A stretch of 64,000 bases of DNA from an uncultured Alphaproteobacteria bacterium (lineage in GTDB: Bacteria; Pseudomonadota; Alphaproteobacteria; Bin95): positions 3,566-67,565 of the forward strand of contig CAXBDI010000001.1 of assembly GCA_963974445.1 (NCBI GenBank), given 5' to 3'. Within the stretch, counting starts at the first letter, position 1. The number at the start of each line of letters is the position of its first letter. The notes beneath the pieces are model-generated. The model had not been told where the DNA came from. It made no database searches and saw nothing but the letters and a program-made list of their open reading frames with translations. The translations under genes were made by a program, and so were the position numbers. This document shows, piece after piece, positions 57,621-64,000 of this stretch.

Positions 57621-58075
57621 TCCTAACCTCCAATAAGGCCTGCGACCGCCCACCAACTTAACGGTCAACACGCGTGATGATAATTGGTTCCATCGGTCGT
57701 GAAAAGTACCTTCAATTAATCAAAAGAACTCATAACAGTTTACGGTGACACTCCATTCAGCGCCCGGGCGTTGATGATAATCATTCTAAGAACGCAAGGT
57801 GCCGGTATGGCGCGTGGTTTGGCCGGTTCGTTCGAAGCATTTGCTTTTGCCGCCGCATGGCCACAGTGATGGCGACCGTAACGTGTCCTCGCCGCAAACT
57901 CTGGGCCTCGTGTGCCTTGAAAAGCCAACTTGGGGAGGTGTGGGCCATTTTGCACCTTGGCTTTTCGGGCGCAAATGAGGGCGCGCCCGCAGCTTCGCTG
58001 TTGCAATACGCCCTCATTGACTCGCCGAACGGGGTTGATGTTGTCCAACGCCGGCCGTGCAGGAACAGGCAGCGC

Positions 58076-58861
58076 TTACTTGCCCTTCCAGTTCGGCGCA
58101 CGCTTCTCGGCGAAGGCTTTCGGACCTTCGATATAGTCTTCCGATTCGCCCATCGCCTTGTAGGCCGGATAGGCGACCTGGTTGCGGATGGCGTTGGCGA
58201 CTGATGTCTCGTCGAGCCCCATATAGACGCCCTGTTTCGACGCGCGGATCGACATCGGCGAGCATTCCAGGATGGTCTTGGCCCAGCGTTTCGCAGCCTC
58301 TAAGGCCTGGCCGGTCGGCACGACCTCGTTGACGAAGCCCAACTCCTTACCTTCCGCAGCCGAGACGCGGCGGCCGGTCAGGATCATGCCCATTGCCTGC
58401 TTCAGCGGAATGTGACGCGGCAGGCGGTGGATGCCGCCCGCGCCGGCGGCGAGGCCGACCCGCGGCTCCGGCAGGGCGAAGGTAGCGTTTTCCGCCGCGA
58501 TAATCAGATCGCAGGCCAGCGCGGTCTCGAAGCCGCCGCCCATGGCCCAGCCGTTAACGGCGGCGATGATCGGCTTGGTCTGGTCATAGCGGTTGGTGAT
58601 ACCGGCAAAGCCACTGTCCGGGCGATGGCGCGGGCCGCCCGCCGCCTGGTACTTCAGATCGTTGCCGGCGGAGAACGCCTTGTCGCCCGCGCCGGTGATG
58701 ATGGCGATCCACTGCTCCGGGTCGTCGCGGAAGTCGGTGAAAACCCGGTCGAACTCCCAATGCGCCGGCGGATGCAGGGCGTTGTAGACCTCCGGCCGGT
58801 TGATCGTGACGATGGTGAGCGGCCCGTCGCGCTCGACTTTCAGGAACTCGTTCTTGGCCAT
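58076..58861 (-). CDS. Enoyl-CoA hydratase/isomerase (crotonase family)
   Basis: ORF to 59032 but first 57 codons Arg-rich; from MAKNEFLKVERDGPLTIVTINRPEVYNAL…, 261 aa with crotonase oxyanion motifs (…AVNGWAMGGGFETALACD…); start coordinate ±1. Confidence 0.85.
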   Translation of the reverse strand: MAKNEFLKVERDGPLTIVTINRPEVYNALHPPAHWEFDRVFTDFRDDPEQWIAIITGAGDKAFSAGNDLKYQAAGGPRHRPDSGFAGITNRYDQTKPIIAAVNGWAMGGGFETALACDLIIAAENATFALPEPRVGLAAGAGGIHRLPRHIPLKQAMGMILTGRRVSAAEGKELGFVNEVVPTGQALEAAKRWAKTILECSPMSIRASKQGVYMGLDETSVANAIRNQVAYPAYKAMGESEDYIEGPKAFAEKRAPNWKGK

Positions 58862-58941
58862 GCGGCGTATCCTCCGGTTATTCGCTTGAGATGAGGCCCA
58901 TGGTGCCGCGCTTTCGGCCCGGCGGCAACGGTGTCTGAACC

Positions 58942-60288
58942 TTATGCCCGCTCGACGCTGCGCAGCAACCTGGGCCAGAACAGCCAGAGCGTGACGCCTC
59001 GCAATGAAAAGAAGAACAGCAGGCAGAGCCAAAGCCCGTCATTGCCGCCGCCCCAACGCTCGACAAGCCAGAGCGACAGGAGGTAGGCCGCAAAGCTCAT
59101 CAGCATCGCGTGCCGCATCAGCCGGTTTTGGGTTGCGCCCAGAAAGACGCCATCCATGACGAACGCGACGAAGGACACCAGCGGGAACGCGACTGCATAG
59201 GGCAGGTACTCCAGGGCCAGCGCCTGCACCTCCGGGATGCCGGTCAGCAGTTGAATGCCCAGCCAGCCGAGCCCGCCCCAGGCCACTGCCAGCACCAGCG
59301 CGATACCCAGCGACCAGCGGAGCGCGGCGAAGGTAGCGGCTCTGACCCTATCGCGATTGCGCTCGCCATAGGCCGTACCGACTAGCGCCTCCGCCGCGTG
59401 GGCGAAGCCGTCCATGGCGTAGGTGCCGATCATCACCATCTGGTAGAGCACCTGGTTCGCCGCCAGCGCCACATCGCCCTGCATGGCGCTCTTGTTGATG
59501 AAGATCGCCAGGCCGGTGATCAGGACCAGGGTGCGGATGAAGATATCGCGGTTGACCGCCATCATCCGCTTGATGCGCGTCCAGTCGAGCACACGGGTGC
59601 GGCCGTGGCCGGAAGGCATCTGCGCCAACCTTCGGCGCACATAGTAGAACGCCACGGCGATGGCGGCGTATTCGGCGATGACGGTGGCGGCGGCGACCCC
59701 CTCCACACCCCAGCCGAAGCCGAGGACGAACACCAGGTCGAGCGTGATGTTCAGGCCGTTCGAGAACAGTTGCAGATAGAGCGGGATCCGCCCGTCCTCC
59801 AGCCCATAGAACCAGCCGATGGCGACGAACATGGCCAGCGCCGCCGGCGCGCTCCACAGCCGGATCGCCAGATAGGCGGCGGTCTGCGTCTCCACCGCCT
59901 CGCTGCCGCCCAGCGCCCAAAGGCCGGTGCTGACGATCGGACCCTGCAAGACGACGATCGCCAGGCCCAGCACTCCGGCGAGCAGCAGGGCGCGCGCCAG
60001 GATGTTGCGCACCTCGCCCCAACCGGGCCCCTCGGCCAGGCCGCGGCCCACCCCAACCGCCTGCGCCGTCGGCCCGGTGGTGCCCATGCGCAGGAAGTTC
60101 AGGCTGGCGTGCACATAGGTGTAGATGACGGTGCCCAGTGCTACGCCGCCCAGAAACGCTGGGTCCGGCAGGTGCCCGACCACGGCAGTATCCACCGCCC
60201 CCAGCAGCGGCACGGTGGCGTTGGAGACAATGATCGGCAGCGCCATCCGCCTGAGACGGCGGTCGGTGGAGGCTTCGGCAAGGCTCAT
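58942..60288 (-). CDS. MATE-family efflux transporter
   Basis: 448 aa, 12 predicted TM helices, MatE repeats (…LPIIVSNATVPLLGAVDTAVVGHL…). Confidence 0.8.
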   Translation of the reverse strand: MSLAEASTDRRLRRMALPIIVSNATVPLLGAVDTAVVGHLPDPAFLGGVALGTVIYTYVHASLNFLRMGTTGPTAQAVGVGRGLAEGPGWGEVRNILARALLLAGVLGLAIVVLQGPIVSTGLWALGGSEAVETQTAAYLAIRLWSAPAALAMFVAIGWFYGLEDGRIPLYLQLFSNGLNITLDLVFVLGFGWGVEGVAAATVIAEYAAIAVAFYYVRRRLAQMPSGHGRTRVLDWTRIKRMMAVNRDIFIRTLVLITGLAIFINKSAMQGDVALAANQVLYQMVMIGTYAMDGFAHAAEALVGTAYGERNRDRVRAATFAALRWSLGIALVLAVAWGGLGWLGIQLLTGIPEVQALALEYLPYAVAFPLVSFVAFVMDGVFLGATQNRLMRHAMLMSFAAYLLSLWLVERWGGGNDGLWLCLLFFFSLRGVTLWLFWPRLLRSVERA

Positions 60289-60573
60289 CGGCGGACGGCT
60301 ACCCGGATGCGGTTCACATCCACCACCAAACTCCGCCGGATGCCGGATGACAAGCGCCGATCACCCCCGGCGCGCCATCGCCGCACGCGCCGCGCGGTTG
60401 GCACTTCCCCCACCCCTTGCCTCGGGCTTGGCCCGGGACCCATGGCTGAGTCTAGACCGCAGAGCCCGGCGAGGGAGGGGCTGGATTATGGCTTGCCCAT
60501 CGCCGCCAGCACGATCTCCAGGTTCCGCCGCACATTCTCCGTGCGCGGATGCCCCGCCGGCAGCGTCGCCTCT

Positions 60574-61372
60574 CAGAGCCTGATTCGAAACTAACCAAAC
60601 GTTTTCAACTTCTTGAGAGATGGCGGGTGACGCGTCGGATGTGGGCGATGAGCATCCAGGCTTGGGCACTCGCGATGGATTGTTCCCAATCCTTTGACAG
60701 GCGGCGACAGCTTCCAGCACATCCGGCGCGCCGTCACGATCCTGAATACCGGCGCTGTGGACCTCGAGGCCGACGAGCAATCCGATCGTGTCGGTCACGA
60801 TATGGCGCTTGCGCTCCTTGATCCTCTTGCCCCGTTGCCCGACAAGCGAATGGAACATTCGCTGAGAGGGGCGTCATACCCCCTAACTCCCCCACTTTCC
60901 GTGGTTTTGACGCTCTGGCTGTCGATGATACCCGCCGTCGGCTGAGCTTTGCGCCCGGCGGCCAGACGCGCCGCCTCGACAAGCTTGCGGTTCATCTCAT
61001 CGAGCAGGCCGTCATTGCGCCAAGCGCAAAAATAGCCCCGGACCGTGGAGACCGGCGGGAAGTCGTTGGGCAACATGCGCCATTGGCAACCGGTTGTCGC
61101 GATGTAGAGAACCGCGTCCAACACGTCACGCAAACGCGTCGTGCACGGCCTACCGGTTGTCTTGCGCAGGGGCATCGGGCATCAAGGGTTCAATCAGCGC
61201 CCATTCCTCATCGGTCAAATCACTTGCGTATTTGTCGTCTACTCGGTCCTGTTGGCGGCGGGTGAGTTCAGTCCAGGCCGTGGGGATCTCCGTTCAGCTT
61301 TACAACCAAACTGAATCACAACCTGCTGAACTCACTCAAATAGTTTTAAATCAGGCTCTAAGAGAGCCGCTA
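60574..61372 (-). mobile_element. IS5-family (IS427/IS1031-like) insertion sequence remnant, ~0.8 kb, transposase disrupted
   Basis: Imperfect terminal IRs AGAGCCTGATTCGAAACTA (left) and TAGTTTTAAATCAGGCTCT (right, reverse complement). Transposase fragments in three frames: …(T)AWTELTRRQQDRVDDKYASDLTDEEWALIEPLMP (ACG where ATG is expected), then MPLRKTTGRPCTTRLRDVLDAVLYIATTGCQWRMLPNDFPP…IIDSQSVKT…, then …[35 protein letters not shown]…, and a C-terminal …[33 protein letters not shown] joined out of frame. Confidence 0.6.
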
Positions 61373-61603
61373 TCGCTCAAATCTCTGTCTCACAAAACTG
61401 TACACCGGGGGAGTGTGAGAGACACCGATGATGGTCTCGAAAAGCTAGCTCAGGTGACCGAATGGCGGGATAGCAGCGTCTTCTCCCCTGCTGAGCATGT
61501 GGCGCTCGAACTGGCAGCCGCGGTTGCATTCGAGAACTTTCGCAGCAAGTTCAATCCCGTATTCGGGATCGAATCACAAGGGATGTGCCTTTTGCCGGAC
61601 TGA
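61373..61603 (+). pseudogene. C-terminal fragment of a carboxymuconolactone decarboxylase (AhpD/CMD)-family gene abutting the IS
   Basis: …GLEKLAQVTEWRDSSVFSPAEHVALELAAAVAF… matches the CMD-family mid/C-terminal helix pattern (GE..RL..L..WRE…FS..E.AAL.LAEAVT); N-terminal catalytic CxxCxxxH part missing; begins at the IS right IR. Confidence 0.35.
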
Positions 61604-61807
61604 CGTTCAACGGCTGCATCCGGATAGCGCAGACGCTTGTCGTCCACCTTTTGTAGAAGCCATCGTTGCAGATCAGCCCACGTTACGCTCGAACGTGTCG
61701 TCATGGATGGAAGCGCATCGTTAGCGCATGAATCGGGTGGCCAGCCTGACCGCCAAACCGCTCCAATGGCAGCCGGCTTTTCATTGCCCGCAAGATTTGG
61801 AAGCAAC

Positions 61808-62292
61808 ATGACGATGCACCCTAACCCCGGCAAGACTTTCGGGACCGTCAGCCCGGAAAGGCGGCGAGGCATGACCGGTCTGGAATTTGTTCAAGGGCTT
61901 GCCGACGGGACCTTGCCTCTCAATACCATCGCTGAAACACTCTGCTACGACATCGTCGAGGCGACGGAAGGGCGCGTCGTCATCACGGCGCTTCCCAACG
62001 GCGCCCATCTCAACCCAGCCGGCACTGTACATGGCGGCCTGGCGGCGACACTGCTGGACAGCGCCATGGGCCTTGCCATCCAAACCCTTTTGGACGCAGG
62101 CGTCGGTTCGACGACCGTCGAATTCAAGATGTCCTTCATCCGGCCGATCTTGCCGGAACGGGCCTAATCAAAGCGGTAGGCGTCGTCTTGAATTGCGGGC
62201 GCCGGGTCGGGACGGCGGACGGACGCATCACCGACGCCGAAGGGCGGCTGCTCGTTCACGGCACAACGACCTGCCTGATCATGGGCAGATAG
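61808..62292 (+). pseudogene. PaaI-family (hot-dog) thioesterase, interrupted by a frameshift near 62150
   Basis: ATG 61808 (MTMHPNPGKTFGTVSPERRRGMTGLEFVQGLADGTLPL…NPAGTVHGGLAATLLDSAMGLAIQT…) stops at 62167 (…FIRPILPERA*). Another frame continues …LAGTGLIKAVGVVLNCGRRVGTADGRITDAEGRLLVHGTTTCLIMGR*, the conserved thioesterase C-terminus. Confidence 0.5.
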
Positions 62293-62298
62293 GCGGAA

Positions 62299-63531
62299 AT
62301 GAAAACTTTGCACCGTCGGCCGGTGCTTATCATCACGGTGCTATCGCTTGGCTTATTTCTGAGCCAGGTCGCCATTATGGCCGTGCCTGCGGTAATCGTT
62401 GAATTGGCCAGCCAATGGTCGCTCAATGCCGCACAGATCGGATGGTTAGGAGGCATCTATTTCGCTGGGTACGCAACCGGACTGCCGTTTGTTTCCGGCG
62501 CTGCAAATCGGGTCGACGGTCGGGCGGTCTATGCGGTTTCGGCGGTGATTGCGGCATTGGCATCCTTTGCCTTCGCTGTCATCGCAACTGAATTTTGGTC
62601 GGCCGTTGTCTTGCGGTTCATTGCTGGTATCGGTTTTTCCGGCATTCACGTCCTTGGCATGAAGCTTATGGTTGACCGACTGGAAGGTTCCACCAAGGCT
62701 CGGGCCGCCGGGCTCTATAGCGCGGCCTATGCAACCGGGACGGCCGGGTCATACCTGATCGCCGGGATGCTCAGCGGCGCGTATCGGTGGCAAGCTGCTT
62801 TTGTGGCGGCTGGAGCCGGGGCGATACTGTCACTACCTCTTCTGATGTTGATCGGTGCCCCGCTCGAAGGGAACGAGATACGATCGAGCCGCTGGTTCCC
62901 TGATTTTCGGGCGGCAATGAAGAACCCGGAAGTCGTCCGCTATGTTATTGCTTATGCGGGCAACACCTGGGAAGTTTTTGCGATCCGGGTGTGGTTCATC
63001 CCTTTTCTTGCATTCAGCGCTGGGTTGCACGGTGACACGGCATCAAGTTTAGAACCAACTGTCCTGGCTGGTATTTCAGTATTAATCTCTGTTCCCGTCA
63101 ATATTTTCTTTTCCGAATTGGCTCTTCGCTTCGGGTCCGAGAAAATTGTGCGCCTTGTTTCGCTTTCATCAGTCTGCGTTGGCTTAATATTGGGATGGCT
63201 TGCAGCAGGCCCATACGCTCTCGTTCTCATCCTGCTCTTGATCCACGGCGCAACCAGCTTTGGCGATGCAGGAACGATCAATGGCGGCGTGGTCGCAGCA
63301 TCGACGCCGGACAATCGCGCCGCGGTGCTGGCCCTGTTTAACCTGTTCGGTTTCGTCAGCGGGTTTCTCGGACCGTTTGCCGTAGGGCTGGCCTTGCGCA
63401 GCGCAGGTGGCCAGACAGATGCATCGGCGTGGTTTTGGGCCTTCGCGGTGATGGCCGCGGGTTCGGTGGTTTCGGCAGCCGCCATGAGAAAACGAAGGCG
63501 AACTCTGCCTACGCGACGAGGGTCTGTATGA
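62299..63531 (+). CDS. MFS transporter
   Basis: 410 aa, 12 predicted TM helices, MFS-like motifs; follows thioesterase remnant. Confidence 0.8.
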   Translation: MKTLHRRPVLIITVLSLGLFLSQVAIMAVPAVIVELASQWSLNAAQIGWLGGIYFAGYATGLPFVSGAANRVDGRAVYAVSAVIAALASFAFAVIATEFWSAVVLRFIAGIGFSGIHVLGMKLMVDRLEGSTKARAAGLYSAAYATGTAGSYLIAGMLSGAYRWQAAFVAAGAGAILSLPLLMLIGAPLEGNEIRSSRWFPDFRAAMKNPEVVRYVIAYAGNTWEVFAIRVWFIPFLAFSAGLHGDTASSLEPTVLAGISVLISVPVNIFFSELALRFGSEKIVRLVSLSSVCVGLILGWLAAGPYALVLILLLIHGATSFGDAGTINGGVVAASTPDNRAAVLALFNLFGFVSGFLGPFAVGLALRSAGGQTDASAWFWAFAVMAAGSVVSAAAMRKRRRTLPTRRGSV

Positions 63532-64000
63532 TGAGTCCCGACGGCCCCGATAGCGCAAAAGCGTGGCGCATGGTGGCGGTCGCATTCGTCGCTGGCTTCG
63601 TGGTGTTCGGTGTCGTCTACAGCTTCGGCGTTTTTCTGCAACCCATGGCCATGGAATTTGGAGCCAGTGGCGTCGCCACATCTGCGATTTATTCAATTGC
63701 CAGCGTCATTTGGTACATGCTTGGGCCAGTCACCGGGCACCTGAGCGATCGCTTCGGCCCTCGCATTATTGTCGGAACTGGCGCGGCCGCGATGGGCATC
63801 GGCCTCGCATCGACCGCCATTATCGACCATTTGTGGATCGGCTACCTCACCTACGGTCTCGGCGTTGGCATCGGTGCTGCCTGTGCCTATGTGCCCACAC
63901 TCGCGAGCCTTGGCGGTTGGTTCACACACAAACGCAATGTTGCGTTCGGCATCGCAGCGGCTGGAACGGGATGCGGCATGTTAGTTGTGCCGCCGTTATC
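63528..64000 (+). CDS. MFS transporter (5' part, runs off the window end)
   Basis: Start ATGATGAGT overlaps previous stop; TM-rich MFS N-terminal half (…GHLSDRFGPRIIVGTGAAAMGIGLAS…). Confidence 0.7.
   Translation, partial: MMSPDGPDSAKAWRMVAVAFVAGFVVFGVVYSFGVFLQPMAMEFGASGVATSAIYSIASVIWYMLGPVTGHLSDRFGPRIIVGTGAAAMGIGLASTAIIDHLWIGYLTYGLGVGIGAACAYVPTLASLGGWFTHKRNVAFGIAAAGTGCGMLVVPPL

Noticed and set aside
57621-58075. FNR-type box TCAATTAATCAA as a confident regulator site
   Set aside because: Half-site spacing does not fit TTGAT-N4-ATCAA; noted within a finding only as a near-palindrome.
60573-61373. Target-site duplication flanking the IS remnant
   Set aside because: Flanks read TCA (left) and TAA (right), not identical; adjacent deletions probably removed any TSD.
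61450-61872. 140-aa minus-strand ORF near the IS/thioesterase
   Set aside because: Overlaps the thioesterase N-terminus and CMD fragment antisense; no coding features.

Overview
High-GC alphaproteobacterial chromosome segment (~64 kb). A palindromic repeat of the type common in Bradyrhizobiaceae/Nitrobacteraceae at ~54.9 kb and the conserved pcm-tolC-DUF2497-valS block suggest that lineage; this is inference, not a search result. Coordinates located by hand count (small sites, the tRNA, IS ends) may be off by 1-2 nt; CDS ends are anchored to the supplied ORF track.

Order of content:
(1) MaoC dehydratase, CinA/PncC-like gene, then a complete Pho regulon block pstS-pstC-pstA-pstB-phoU-phoB with a Pho-box-like direct repeat upstream of pstS and a hairpin between pstS and pstC.
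(2) PEP-mutase/isocitrate-lyase family gene and an FMN reductase.
(3) A ~21 kb flagellar region: DUF1217-flbT-flaF-flagellin; a FlgJ-like rod-binding gene plus an unknown 133-aa gene; fliK-flgD; fliL-flgH-flgA-flgG-flgF; an 862-aa secreted TPR/Ala-Pro-rich protein; motA; three accessory genes (MotE/FlbB-like, TM coiled-coil, second FliL paralog); then the divergent fliF-(FliH-like)-fliN-fliP-hyp-fliG-hyp operon.
(4) tRNA-Cys, then pcm-tolC-DUF2497-valS.
(5) A livHMGF branched-chain amino-acid ABC cluster with no binding-protein gene, followed by a small membrane protein and a LolA-like protein.
(6) An msrA remnant, gcdH, a carboxyltransferase, pgi, mutL and a REP-like palindromic cluster.
(7) A metabolic/accessory stretch: HIBADH-like dehydrogenase, HAD hydrolase, DUF454, nitroreductase, family-III CoA transferase, PRC-barrel protein, a 734-bp non-coding gap with a Bradyrhizobiaceae-type palindrome, DAACS symporter, an AT-rich islet with a Crp/Fnr regulator and a convergent small ORF, enoyl-CoA hydratase, and a MATE exporter.
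(8) A decay zone: internally deleted, frameshifted IS5-family remnant with recognisable inverted repeats, flanking gene fragments, a frameshifted PaaI thioesterase, then two MFS transporters.

Most interesting: the uncharacterised secreted TPR protein translationally embedded between motA and flgF; the long flagellin leader with 30-bp tandem repeats next to flbT/flaF; the unknown genes in the flagellar cluster; the pseudogenised msrA; and the IS/pseudogene decay zone.
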